From an uncultured Alphaproteobacteria bacterium (GTDB lineage: Bacteria; Pseudomonadota; Alphaproteobacteria; Acetobacterales; Acetobacteraceae), in NCBI GenBank assembly GCA_963754235.1, contig CAVWFK010000036.1:1-64000 (forward strand): a DNA stretch of 64,000 nt, written 5' to 3'. A program made the translations under genes and the position numbers. Shown here in pieces: positions 10,956 to 20,202 of this stretch; positions within the stretch are counted from its first letter, which is position 1; every line of letters starts with the position of its first letter. The notes below the pieces were generated by a model. It was given only the letters and a program-made list of their open reading frames with translations. It had not been told where the DNA came from and ran no database searches.

Positions 10956-11612
10956 CTAGCGCCCCACCCCGCCCAGCCGCTCCCGCACAATCGCGAGCGC
11001 CGCGGCGTACGCGGCCTCCGGGTCGAGCGCCGTCGTGTCCAGCGTCACCGCGTCCGGCGCCGGCCGCAAAGGAGCCGCGGTGCGGGTGCGGTCCTGCTCG
11101 TCGCGCAGCGCGATCTCCGCCTCCACCTCCGCGAGCGGCACCGCGATCCCGCGCGCGGCAAGCTCGCGCCAGCGGCGCCGGGCGCGCACGGCGGCGCTCG
11201 CGGTCACGAACAGCTTCACCGCGGCGTCGGGAAACACGACCGTTCCAACGTCGCGCCCGTCCAGCACGGCGCCCCGCCCGGCCCCGAAGCCGCGCTGAAA
11301 TTCGAGCAGGGCCGCGCGCACCGCCGGCATCGCCGCGACCAGGCTCGACGCGCGATCGGCCTCGGGCCCGCGCAAGTCGGACCGTTCGAGATCGGCGGGA
11401 TCGAGCGCACGCGCCGCCGCCGCGGCCGCCGCCGCATCGGCCGGATCGCCGCCCGCGTCCAGCACCCGCCGTCCGACCGCCCGATACAACAGCCCGGTAT
11501 CGAGATGCGGCAGCCCGAGCTCGGCCGCGAGCCGCCGCGCCAGCGTGCCCTTCCCGGACGCGGCCGGCCCGTCGATCGCGATCATCGGCGCGATCACCGG
11601 CGGGCGGGTCAC
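10956..11612 (-). CDS. cmk: cytidylate kinase
   Basis: '[13 protein letters not shown]..' P-loop, 218 aa. 4-nt overlap with aroA. Confidence 0.9.
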   Translation of the reverse strand: MTRPPVIAPMIAIDGPAASGKGTLARRLAAELGLPHLDTGLLYRAVGRRVLDAGGDPADAAAAAAAARALDPADLERSDLRGPEADRASSLVAAMPAVRAALLEFQRGFGAGRGAVLDGRDVGTVVFPDAAVKLFVTASAAVRARRRWRELAARGIAVPLAEVEAEIALRDEQDRTRTAAPLRPAPDAVTLDTTALDPEAAYAAALAIVRERLGGVGR

Positions 11613-12946
11613 GCGAACGCCGCCCCCAGACCCTCCATCAGTGCCAGGAAGCCCGGAAAGCTGGTGTCGATGAAGCCGGTGTCGTCCACGCGCACCGCCG
11701 CGCGCGACGCGAGCCCCAGCACCAGCGCACTCATCGCGAGCCGATGATCCATTTGCGTCGCGACCAGGCCGCCGCCGGGCGGGGCGCCGTCGCAGCCCTC
11801 GATCACGAGATCGTCGCCCTCGATTGCGACCCGCACCCCGTTTGCCGCGAGCATCGCGGCCGTCGCGGCGAGCCGGTCGCTCTCCTTCACGCGCAGCTCG
11901 CGCAGGCCCCGCAGCCGCGTCGTCCCCCGCGCGCAGGCGGCGGCGACGGCCAGGATCGGGTATTCGTCGATCATGCTCGGCGCCCGCTCCCAGGGCACGT
12001 CGATCGCGCGCAAGCCGCTATGGCTCACCACCAGATCGCCCACCGTCTCGCCGCCTTCGAGGCGCGCGCCCGAGACCGTGATTGCCGCCCCCATCTCCCG
12101 TAGGCAATCCAGCAGCCCGGTCCGCAGCGGATTGAGGCCGATGCCCTCCAGTGTCACCCGCGACCCCTCCACCAGCAGCCCCGCCACCAACGGGAACGCC
12201 GCAGAAGACGGATCGCCCGGCACGATCACGTCGCGCGCGCGCAACTCGGGCTGGCCGCGCAGCCGGATCACCCGGCCCCGCTCGCCGACCGTCTCCACCG
12301 CGATCTCGGCGCCGAAATGGCGCAGCATGTTCTCGCTGTGATCGCGCGTCGCCTCCGGCTCTTCGACGCGGGTTTCGCCGGGCGCGTTCAGCCCGGCCAG
12401 CAGCACCGCCGACTTCACCTGCGCCGAGGGCACCGGCACACGATAATCAAACGGCAGCGCCTCGCGCGCGCCCTCGATCGCGAGCGGCAGGCGCCCGCCA
12501 TCGCGGCCGGCGAAGCGGGCGCCGCAGGCAGCGAGCGGGTCGGTCACGCGGCGCATCGGCCGCCGTCGCAGGCTCGCGTCGCCGGTCATCACCGCGAACA
12601 GGTCGTGGCTCGCCAGGATGCCGCAGAGCAGCCGCGCGGCGGTGCCGGAATTGCCCATGTCCAGCACGTCTTTGGGCTCCGCCAGCCCCCCGATGCCGCG
12701 CCCGGCCACCAGCCAGTCGCCGCCCGGCCGGCACGCGACCTCGGCGCCGAGCGCACGCATGGCGGCCGCCGTGCGCAGCACGTCCTCGCCCTCCAGCAGC
12801 CCGGTGATGCGCGTCTCTCCGACCGCGAGTGCCCCGATCATCAGCGCGCGATGGCTGATCGACTTGTCGCCCGGCACGCGGATGCGCCCGGCGAGCGGCC
12901 GGGCCGGGCGGGAGGCGGCGAGCGGACGGGCGGGCATCGCGGACAT
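11609..12946 (-). CDS. aroA: 3-phosphoshikimate 1-carboxyvinyltransferase
   Basis: '..[22 protein letters not shown]..'. Start ambiguous because of in-frame ATGs inside the upstream tandem repeat. Confidence 0.9.
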   Translation of the reverse strand: MSAMPARPLAASRPARPLAGRIRVPGDKSISHRALMIGALAVGETRITGLLEGEDVLRTAAAMRALGAEVACRPGGDWLVAGRGIGGLAEPKDVLDMGNSGTAARLLCGILASHDLFAVMTGDASLRRRPMRRVTDPLAACGARFAGRDGGRLPLAIEGAREALPFDYRVPVPSAQVKSAVLLAGLNAPGETRVEEPEATRDHSENMLRHFGAEIAVETVGERGRVIRLRGQPELRARDVIVPGDPSSAAFPLVAGLLVEGSRVTLEGIGLNPLRTGLLDCLREMGAAITVSGARLEGGETVGDLVVSHSGLRAIDVPWERAPSMIDEYPILAVAAACARGTTRLRGLRELRVKESDRLAATAAMLAANGVRVAIEGDDLVIEGCDGAPPGGGLVATQMDHRLAMSALVLGLASRAAVRVDDTGFIDTSFPGFLALMEGLGAAFA

Positions 12947-12997
12947 GGACGGGTCAGGGCGCATGGACGGGTCAGGGCGCATGGACGGGTCAGGGCG
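12944..12997. repeat. 18-bp tandem repeat x3 encoding (RPDPSM)3 at the aroA 5' end
   Basis: 'catggacgggtcagggcg' x3. Each unit carries an in-frame ATG. Confidence 0.7.
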
Positions 12998-13119
12998 CTT
13001 AGCATCCCTCGCGGCGGTTTGACAGGCGAGCAGGCTGCGACGTTTGACAGTCACGCAGGCCGGTGGCATGGCCGCGCCCTCCGCCGGCCCGGCCGGCGTT
13101 GCGCGAAAGATCCCGCCCG

Positions 13120-13449
13120 ATGGTCAAGCCCGAACTCGGCACCAAGCGCGTCTGCGTCGCCTGCGGCACCCGCTTCTACGACCTGACCAGGACGCCCGCG
13201 ATCTGCCCGAAATGCGGCACCGAGCAGCCCGTCGAGCAGCCGCGGCTGCGCCGTCCGCCGAGTGCCGCCGCCGAGGACCGCCGGGCACGCAAGGCGCCGG
13301 TGCCGGAGGAGGCTGACGTCGAGCCCGTCGCCGCCGCCGACGAAGCGGAGGAGGATGTGCTGGAGGACACCTCCGACCTCGAGGACGACGCCGACGCGAT
13401 CGGCCCCGACATCGAGGTGGAACCCGAGGGCGACGAGACCGAGCGCTAG
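13120..13449 (+). CDS. TIGR02300 (FYDLN_acid) family protein
   Basis: '[36 protein letters not shown]' followed by an acidic tail. Confidence 0.8.
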   Translation: MVKPELGTKRVCVACGTRFYDLTRTPAICPKCGTEQPVEQPRLRRPPSAAAEDRRARKAPVPEEADVEPVAAADEAEEDVLEDTSDLEDDADAIGPDIEVEPEGDETER

Positions 13450-13490
13450 GGACGAACGCCCGATCGCCGACATGATTTGGACACGCTGAT

Positions 13491-13904
13491 ATGCCCAAGC
13501 TGAATCGCATCGTCGAAACCGCCCTCTATGTTGATGACCTGGAACATGCGGCGCATTTCTACGAATCGAAGCTGGGGCTGGAGCCGCTGCGGAAGGCGGA
13601 GACGCTGTTCGCGTACGACGTCGGCGGGTCGAGCGTTCTGCTGCTTTTCAAACGGGGGGGATCACGGCGAACGCAGACGCTGCCGGGCGGCACAATCCCG
13701 CCGCACGACGGCTCCGGCCCGATCCATATGTGCTTCGCCATCGACGCTGAAGAACTGCCGCGATGGGAAGCCCGCCTTGAAGAACAAGGTATGGAGATTG
13801 AAGGCCGCACGACATGGGATCGCGGCGGGAAGAGCATCTATTTTCGTGATCCGGACGGTCACCTGCTCGAAATGATGACGCCGGGGACGTGGCGGATCTA
13901 CTGA
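13491..13904 (+). CDS. VOC family protein (glyoxalase/bleomycin-resistance/dioxygenase fold)
   Basis: 137 aa, 'ALYVDDLEHAAHFYESKLG..YFRDPDGHLLE'. Confidence 0.75.
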   Translation: MPKLNRIVETALYVDDLEHAAHFYESKLGLEPLRKAETLFAYDVGGSSVLLLFKRGGSRRTQTLPGGTIPPHDGSGPIHMCFAIDAEELPRWEARLEEQGMEIEGRTTWDRGGKSIYFRDPDGHLLEMMTPGTWRIY

Positions 13905-13917
13905 GGGCGCGGCTTCG

Positions 13918-15342
13918 ATGGCGAATTTCGCATTCGAGGGGCAGACCTGGAGCTCTCCAGTCATTACCTGGAGCTTCGAGGACCAGACGTATCCCACCGA
14001 TGCGCGCACGCCGTTCTCGGAGCCAATCTCCAGTCCCTATCAGGCGACTGTGCTCGCCGCGCTGGCGCGCTGGCAGGGGGTCTCCGGCATCGCCTTCGAA
14101 CAGGTGGCGGACAGCCCCAACCCGTCGCAGGCGGCCGACATCCGGATCGGCTTCGCCGCGTTGCCCGGCAGCACTGAGATCGGCGAGACCGATCTGACGC
14201 GGGCACCCGACGGCACCAATTTCCTGCCCGACGTGCTGGTCCGGCTGGAGGATCCGGCATTCGATCCGCTGTTCTCCGACTCCAGCGGCGCGCTCACCTA
14301 CCAGGGCACCGCGACCACGCTCTACCAGGTGGCGCTGCACGAGATCGGCCACGCGCTCGGCCTCAACCATTCCACCGACCCGCACGCCGTGATGTTTCCC
14401 ACCGTCGGGCCGGACAATCCCGACCTCGACGGCTCCGACATCGCCGGCATCGACGTCCTCTATCCGCCGACGGCTCCGCCACCGCCGCCGCCGCCCGTAG
14501 TCGCGGCGGGCAGCCTCTATACCGATGGCGGCCAGAGTGCGGCGATCACCACCGGAACTGGCGCCAATACCGTGGTCGGCTCGGTCGGCAACGACACCAT
14601 CACCACCGGCACCGGCACCAACCTGATCGGCCCCGGCAGCGGCAACGATCTGATCGTCTCGAACGGCGCCGACACGATCTTCCCCGGCGGCGGCTCGAAC
14701 ACCGTGTTCGCGGCCGGGCACGTGCTGGCGGCGGTCGGCGCCAGCACGCTCTTCTTCATCAACGGCAGCCAGAGCAGCACCGTGCTCGGCGGCGGCGCCG
14801 GCAATGCGGTGATCAACGGCGGCGTGGGCGGCGGATTGTTCGCAGCCGGCGCGGGCGGCGGCAGCGTGATCTTCGCCGGTGCCGGCGCGAGCACCATCTT
14901 CGGCGCGGCCAGTGGCGACGTGCTGTTCGCCGGCGGTAGCGCCCCCGACCTGCTGCTCGCCGGCGCCGGCAACGAGACCCTCTCCGGCCTCGGCTCCAGC
15001 GGCGCCAACCAGCTTTACGGCGGCAGCGGCAACGATCTGATCGGCGGCGGGGCGGGGCCCGAAAGCTTCTTCGCCGGCACCGGCAACGACACCTTCATCG
15101 CCGGCAGCGGCGCCGATCTCTATGCATTCAGCAACGGCGCCGCGGGCGGGCAGGATCTGATCGAGGGGTTCAACCAGGGCAAGGGCGATCTGGTGAGCCT
15201 GCAAGGCTACGCCGCGGGTGCCGCCGCGGCGGCGGTCGCCGGGCAGGCCGCCTCGGCTGCCGGCACTACGCTCACGCTCGCCGACAACACCACGATCACC
15301 TTCGCCGGTGTCGGACACCTCTCCACGTCCGCCTTCGCCTGA
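13918..15342 (+). CDS. secreted zinc metalloprotease, matrixin/serralysin-like (M10) domain plus C-terminal RTX repeats
   Basis: 'HEIGHALGLNH' with Met-turn 'AVMFP'. Poly-Pro linker. Gly-rich 'GGSGNDLIGGGAG', 'AGTGNDTFIAGSGAD' beta-roll repeats. The uncleaved hydrophobic C-terminus is typical of T1SS cargo. Confidence 0.8.
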   Translation: MANFAFEGQTWSSPVITWSFEDQTYPTDARTPFSEPISSPYQATVLAALARWQGVSGIAFEQVADSPNPSQAADIRIGFAALPGSTEIGETDLTRAPDGTNFLPDVLVRLEDPAFDPLFSDSSGALTYQGTATTLYQVALHEIGHALGLNHSTDPHAVMFPTVGPDNPDLDGSDIAGIDVLYPPTAPPPPPPPVVAAGSLYTDGGQSAAITTGTGANTVVGSVGNDTITTGTGTNLIGPGSGNDLIVSNGADTIFPGGGSNTVFAAGHVLAAVGASTLFFINGSQSSTVLGGGAGNAVINGGVGGGLFAAGAGGGSVIFAGAGASTIFGAASGDVLFAGGSAPDLLLAGAGNETLSGLGSSGANQLYGGSGNDLIGGGAGPESFFAGTGNDTFIAGSGADLYAFSNGAAGGQDLIEGFNQGKGDLVSLQGYAAGAAAAAVAGQAASAAGTTLTLADNTTITFAGVGHLSTSAFA

Positions 15343-15369
15343 CCGACAAGGCCGGCAGGAGGTAAAGAC

Positions 15370-15771
15370 ATGCGTGCGATTCCGCTGGGAGTGAAGGGAA
15401 GCTTCACGCTCGCCGTCGCGCCCGCGCACTTGGCCAACCAGTTCAAGGATGCCACGCTGCCGCCGGTGCTGGCGACTCCCATGATGATCCTGGCGATGGA
15501 GAATGCGGCGCTCAACGCCATTCGCGACTATCTGGAACCCGGCGAGAGTGCCGTCGGCACGGCGGTCGATATCCGCCACCTCGCGGCGACGCCGGTCGGG
15601 CAGCGCGTGACGGCAGAGGCGGAAGTCATCAAGGTCGAAGGCCGACGGATCGTCTTCGCAGTAACCGCACGTGACGAGGTCGAGGACATCGGCAGGGGCA
15701 TCCATGAACGGATGGTGGTCGACGTCCACCGCGTAACACAGCGCCTGAACGCTAAGAGCAATCGGGGATAG
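15370..15771 (+). CDS. hotdog-fold thioesterase family protein
   Basis: 133 aa, 4HBT/FlK-like '..RRIVFAVTARDEVEDIGRGIHERMVV..'. Confidence 0.7.
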   Translation: MRAIPLGVKGSFTLAVAPAHLANQFKDATLPPVLATPMMILAMENAALNAIRDYLEPGESAVGTAVDIRHLAATPVGQRVTAEAEVIKVEGRRIVFAVTARDEVEDIGRGIHERMVVDVHRVTQRLNAKSNRG

Positions 15772-16085
15772 ACGAATTCGTCGATGCCGGTCCCGAACTT
15801 CAGGTCCTCATACAGACGCTCCGCGCCCCGGAGATGCCGCTCATTGCACGGCCAGCGCACAGCCCCCATTTGCAGGATCAACTCGTAGGTCAAGCCCGAA
15901 TAGTCGCACGGCCGGCCCTTCGACACCTTGCGCCATTCCTCGAACGCATCCCTGGGCTCCGTGAAGGGGATCAGCGGGGCTCCGTCGCGATCCTTGAAGT
16001 CCAACTTATTGGCCACCTCTACCTTCTCGATCGCATCGTACCGTGACCATTCGAGTCCGTTCCCCTCGCGTTCAGAAACCCAGAC
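15772..16085 (-). pseudogene. relic of a molybdopterin (Mo-bisPGD) oxidoreductase C-terminal domain (assimilatory nitrate reductase/formate dehydrogenase-like)
   Basis: Minus frame 'RDAFEEWRKVSKGRPCDYSGLTYELILQMGAVRWPCNERHLRGAERLYEDLKFGTGIDEFVYP' with GC3 about 85%. No start or stop; both flanks run into the antisense of neighbouring genes. Confidence 0.5.
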
Positions 16086-16089
16086 CCGC

Positions 16090-16095
16090 AAGGAG
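16090..16095 (+). promoter_or_regulatory. Shine-Dalgarno AAGGAG upstream of the DyP GTG start
   Basis: 'gcAAGGAGcgacgcGTG'. Confidence 0.5.
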
Positions 16096-16101
16096 CGACG
16101 C

Positions 16102-17148
16102 GTGCCATCCACAATTCCGCAACCGGTCGTCGCGCAGCTCACCCGCGCCGCTATTTTTCTCGTCGTGACGGTGAACTCCGGGCCGGGACATGATGTCACC
16201 GTGCGGACCTTGTGTGGTGATGTGGCTGCTCTTTTGCGCGCCGTGGGCTTCCGTGCCCTCGACGGTCGGCTGTCATGTGTCATGGGGCTTGGCTCCGACG
16301 CATGGGACCGGCTCTTCGGTGTGCCGAAGCCGAAAGAATTGCATCCGTTCCGTGAAATCCGCGGCCGGCATCACGCCGTCGCTACGCCGGGCGACATCCT
16401 CTTTCATATCCGCGCCACGCGTATGGATCTGTGCTTCGAACTGGCGACACAGATCATGTCGCGGCTGAGCGGCGCAGTCTCCACGGTGGACGAAGTGCAT
16501 GGCTTCAACTACTTCGATGATCGTGACCTGATCGGTTTCGTGGACGGGACGGAGAACCCCGTGGAGCAGGCGGCGATTGACGCCACCATCATCGGCGAGG
16601 AGGATGCGGCGTTTGCCGGTGGGAGTTACGCGATCGTACAAAAGTACGTTCATGACCTAAAGGGATGGAACGCGCTGCCCGTTGAGGAGCAAGAGAGAAT
16701 TATCGGCAGACTCAAGCTGTCCGACATCGAACTGGACGATAGCGTGAAGCCAACCTCCGCGCACAATGCCTTGACGACGATTATTGAAGACGGAAAACAG
16801 CTGGAGATCGTGCGCGACAACATGCCGTTCGGCGACGTGGGGAAGGGGGAGTTCGGTACCTATTTCATCGGTTATGCCCGCTCCCCGCGGCGGATCGAGC
16901 AGATGCTCGTGAACATGTTTGTCGGCCGGCCAGCCGGCAACTATGACCGGCTTTTGGATTTCAGCCGCGCCGTCACTGGCACGCTGTTTTTTGTGCCGTC
17001 CGCGACGTTTCTGGAGAATGTGGTGGCCGCCGGGGGCGCGGCTCCAGCGATGACCGGCCCGCCTGCGAACGGAGGTGAGGCGGAGGCCAAATCCGTCCCC
17101 GGATGGTTCACTCGGAATCGGCTCGCTGAAGAACAGAGGCAAGACATG
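16102..17148 (+). CDS. DyP-type peroxidase (DypB-like encapsulin cargo), C-terminal cargo-loading peptide out of frame
   Basis: GTG start. Strong similarity along the DyP domain ('..FVDGTENP..GGSYAIVQKYVHDL..DNMPFGDVG..GTYFIGYA..GTLFFVPS'). The targeting peptide 'DGSLGIGSLKNRGKT*' is encoded in the +1 frame at about 17102-17148, with TGA overlapping the encapsulin ATG. As written, the frame reads through into the encapsulin. Confidence 0.8.
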
Positions 17149-17952
17149 AACAATCTCCATCGGGAACTCGCCCCGATCTCCGATAAGGCATGGGAGCAGA
17201 TCGAAGAGGAGGCGTCGCGCACCCTCAAGCGCCACTTGGCGGCGCGGCGTGTCGTGGACGTGCTGGGCCCGAAGGGTCCCGAATTGTCGGCGGTCGGCAC
17301 CGGCCACCTCCGGCAGATCACGACGCCGGGCGATGGAATCCAAGCTGCGGCACGCGAGGCGAGGGCGCTCGTGGAATTGCGCGTTCCGTTCGATCTGACG
17401 CGCCAGGCGATTGACGATGTAGAGCGCGGCGCACTGGATTCAGACTGGTCGCCACTGAAGGTCGCGGCACGCAAAATTGCCTTCGCCGAAGACCACGCTG
17501 TCTTCGAAGGCTATGCCCCTGGGCAGATTCAGGGTTTCCGTCAAGGCACCAGCAACCCGACTTTGATGCTCCCGGCGGATGCGTGGAACTATCCGGATAC
17601 GGTCGCGCAGGCGGTAAGCCAATTACGCCTCGCCGGCGTCGATGGTCCCTATGTGCTCGTGCTGGGCGCCAATCCGTACACTGCAATCAGCGGAGCCAGT
17701 GCTGAGGGCTATCCGGTTCTGGAGCACATCCGGCGTCTCGTGGAGGGAGAGATCGTTTGGGCCCCAGCCATCGAGGGAGGTTTGGTACTGACCACCCGCG
17801 GCGGTGATTTTGAGTTGCACATCGGTCAGGACATCTCTATCGGTTACCTGAACCATTCTGAAGCCCTTGTTCAACTGTACCTGCAGGAAACCTTCGCGTT
17901 CCTGCTGCTGACAGCGGAAGCGTCCGTAATGCTCGCACCCCCGGAAAAATGA
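17146..17952 (+). CDS. family 1 encapsulin nanocompartment shell protein
   Basis: 'MNNLHRELAPISDKAWEQIEEEASRTLK..' 268 aa, HK97-fold encapsulin. Confidence 0.9.
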   Translation: MNNLHRELAPISDKAWEQIEEEASRTLKRHLAARRVVDVLGPKGPELSAVGTGHLRQITTPGDGIQAAAREARALVELRVPFDLTRQAIDDVERGALDSDWSPLKVAARKIAFAEDHAVFEGYAPGQIQGFRQGTSNPTLMLPADAWNYPDTVAQAVSQLRLAGVDGPYVLVLGANPYTAISGASAEGYPVLEHIRRLVEGEIVWAPAIEGGLVLTTRGGDFELHIGQDISIGYLNHSEALVQLYLQETFAFLLLTAEASVMLAPPEK

Positions 17953-18006
17953 ACGGTCGGAGCATTTGCCTGACACCACAACGATGACCTTGTTCGCGGC
18001 AGCCCC

Positions 18007-18765
18007 TCACGCTCCTTGGCGCTTGACCGTGAGCGGGCCGGACGCCTGGCAGGTGGGCATCACCTCCAGCCGGTTGACGTTCACCCGCGCCGGCAGCGAA
18101 ATGACCCAGGCGACCGTCTCGGCGATGTCCTCGGGCGTCAGCGGGTCGGCCCCGGCGTAGAAGGCGCGCGCCCGTTCAAGGTCGCCGCCGAAGCGGACGG
18201 CGCTGAACTCGGTGCCGCCGACCAGCCCCGGTTCCAGATCGGTCACGCGCACGCCGGTCCCCACCAAATCGGCGCGCAGGTTGAGGCTGAACTGCCGCAC
18301 GAACGCCTTCGACGCGCCGTACACGTGCCCGCCCGGATACGGGTAGGTGCCGGCCGTGCTGCCGATGTTCACCACGTGCCCGCGATCGCGCGCGACCATG
18401 CCGGGCAGCAGCGCGCGCGTGACGTGCAGCAGGCCCAGCACATTGACCTCCACCATCCGGTCCCAATCCGCGAGCTTGGCCACCGGGGCCGGATCGAGGC
18501 CGAGGCCAAGGCCCGCGTTGTTGACCAGCACATCGACCTCGCGCCAACCCTCGGGCAGGCTTTCGGGCAGCGCCGCGACGGCGTCGTGCTCGGTCACGTC
18601 GAGCGCGAACGGGAGGAAACGCACGCCCAGCTCGCGGCCGAGCGCTTCCAGCCGGTCCAGCCGCCGGGCGGCGCCGATCACGCGCTGCCCGTCGGCCACG
18701 AGACGGCGCGCGATCGCTGTGCCGAACCCGGCGCTGGCGCCGGTGACCAGGATGGTGCGGGTCAC
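18007..18765 (-). CDS. SDR family NAD(P)-dependent oxidoreductase (YdfG-like)
   Basis: 'ILVTGASAGFGTAIARRL', 'YGASKAF'. GTG start overlaps the ohr stop. Confidence 0.8.
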   Translation of the reverse strand: MTRTILVTGASAGFGTAIARRLVADGQRVIGAARRLDRLEALGRELGVRFLPFALDVTEHDAVAALPESLPEGWREVDVLVNNAGLGLGLDPAPVAKLADWDRMVEVNVLGLLHVTRALLPGMVARDRGHVVNIGSTAGTYPYPGGHVYGASKAFVRQFSLNLRADLVGTGVRVTDLEPGLVGGTEFSAVRFGGDLERARAFYAGADPLTPEDIAETVAWVISLPARVNVNRLEVMPTCQASGPLTVKRQGA

Positions 18766-19172
18766 GCGACTTCGAGCTTGACGTCGATGTTGCCGCGCGT
18801 CGCCTTCGAATACGGGCAGACCTGGTGCGCCTCTTGCATCAGCTTCTCGGCGGTCGCGCGATCGATCCCGGGCAGCGAGCCGCGCAGCTTGACCGCGAGG
18901 AAGAAGCCGCTGTCGTTCTTGTCGATGGTGACGTCGGCGGTGACGCGGATCTCCTTCGGTTGCACCTTCGCCTGGCTCGCGACCAGACCCAGCGCGCCGC
19001 CGAAGCAGGCGGAGTAGCCGGCGGCGAACAGATCCTCGGGGTTGCCGGCGCCGGGCTTGCCGGAGCCGCCCAGCTCCTTCGGCATGGCGAGGTCGAGCTT
19101 CACCACGCCGTCGCTGCTCTCGACATGGCCGTTGCGGCCGGCGACCGAGGTGGCGCTTGCGGTATAGGCCAT
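18762..19172 (-). CDS. ohr: organic hydroperoxide resistance protein (Ohr/OsmC family)
   Basis: 136 aa '..FAAGYSACFGGALG..VCPYSKATRGNIDV'. Confidence 0.9.
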   Translation of the reverse strand: MAYTASATSVAGRNGHVESSDGVVKLDLAMPKELGGSGKPGAGNPEDLFAAGYSACFGGALGLVASQAKVQPKEIRVTADVTIDKNDSGFFLAVKLRGSLPGIDRATAEKLMQEAHQVCPYSKATRGNIDVKLEVA

Positions 19173-19238
19173 GCGTTCGCTCCTGTTGTTGCGTGCGGTT
19201 GTTGCGTGCAGGGGGGAGGTGGGGTTCCTCTGCCGCGT

Positions 19239-20201
19239 GTGAAACCCGTCGCATTCTTCCACGGCGCGCATCCCGGTGCCAATGCGGCGCTGCTGCTTGG
19301 GCCCCGGCCGGTGCTGGTGGATAGCGGCTTCGGCAGCCAGACGGACGCGCTCGCCGCCTGGCTGCGCGGGCAGGGTGCGGCACCCGAACGGCTGGCGCTG
19401 GTGGTCAACACCCACCACCACAGCGATCACGTCGGCGGCAATGTTCTGTTCCACCGCCTCGGCGTGCCGATCGCGGCGCACGAAGCCGATGCCGCGCTTG
19501 TGAACGCGCGTGACCCGGACGCGTGCAGTGCCGCGTGGCTGCGCCAGCCGGTGCCGCCCTATGCGGTGGCGCGGCCGCTGGCGGAGGGCGACGAGATCGA
19601 CACCGGCGCCGCGGTCTGGCGGGTGCTGCACACGCCCGGCCACACGTTCGGCCATATCAGCCTGTGGTGCGCGCGGGCGCGAATGTTGATCGCGGGCGAC
19701 ACGGTGCATGCCGAGGATGTCGGCTGGCTCGCGCCCTGCCGCGACGGGCCGCGGACGCTCGCGTGGATGCGCGCAAGCGTGGCGCGCCTCGCGGCACTGG
19801 ACGTGAGCGTGTCGCTGTCCGGCCACGGTCCGCCCTGCCGCGACTTCGCCGCCGCCTGCGCCGTTGCCGAGATGCGGCTGGCGCGCTGGGAACGCGAGCC
19901 GGAGCGAATGGCGCGGCACGCCTGCAAGCGCGTGTTCGCCTCGGCGCTGATGATTGCGGGCGGGATGACGGAGGCGGGATTGCGCGCGCATTTGCTCGGC
20001 GCGCCGTGGTTTTGCGATCACGCGCGGGCGGCGTTCGGCGTCGAGCCGGCGGAGTTCGTGGCGCCGATGATCGCCGAGATGCTGCGCTCCGGCGCGGCCG
20101 AGTGGCGTGCGGGCCGGCTGGTGGCGACGGCACCGCACGACGTGGTGCCGGCGGGCTGGGCCGCTTCGGTGCCGATGCCGGCGGATTGGCCGCCGCAATG
20201 A
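19239..20201 (+). CDS. MBL-fold metallo-hydrolase
   Basis: 'NTHHHSDHVGGN' motif. GTG start, about 321 aa. Confidence 0.7.
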   Translation: MKPVAFFHGAHPGANAALLLGPRPVLVDSGFGSQTDALAAWLRGQGAAPERLALVVNTHHHSDHVGGNVLFHRLGVPIAAHEADAALVNARDPDACSAAWLRQPVPPYAVARPLAEGDEIDTGAAVWRVLHTPGHTFGHISLWCARARMLIAGDTVHAEDVGWLAPCRDGPRTLAWMRASVARLAALDVSVSLSGHGPPCRDFAAACAVAEMRLARWEREPERMARHACKRVFASALMIAGGMTEAGLRAHLLGAPWFCDHARAAFGVEPAEFVAPMIAEMLRSGAAEWRAGRLVATAPHDVVPAGWAASVPMPADWPPQ

Positions 20202-20202
20202 A

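Noticed and set aside
10691-12103. 470-aa plus-strand ORF (Arg/Pro/Ala-rich) overlapping cmk and aroA
   Set aside because: Typical high-GC antisense ORF with no domain similarity. cmk and aroA on the opposite strand are unambiguous.
15928-16101. N-terminal 58-codon extension of the 674-aa ORF upstream of the DyP domain
   Set aside because: Ser-rich and low-complexity. The antisense of this stretch carries the molybdoenzyme relic with far better coding statistics. A GTG with an AAGGAG SD at 16102 matches the DypB N-terminus.
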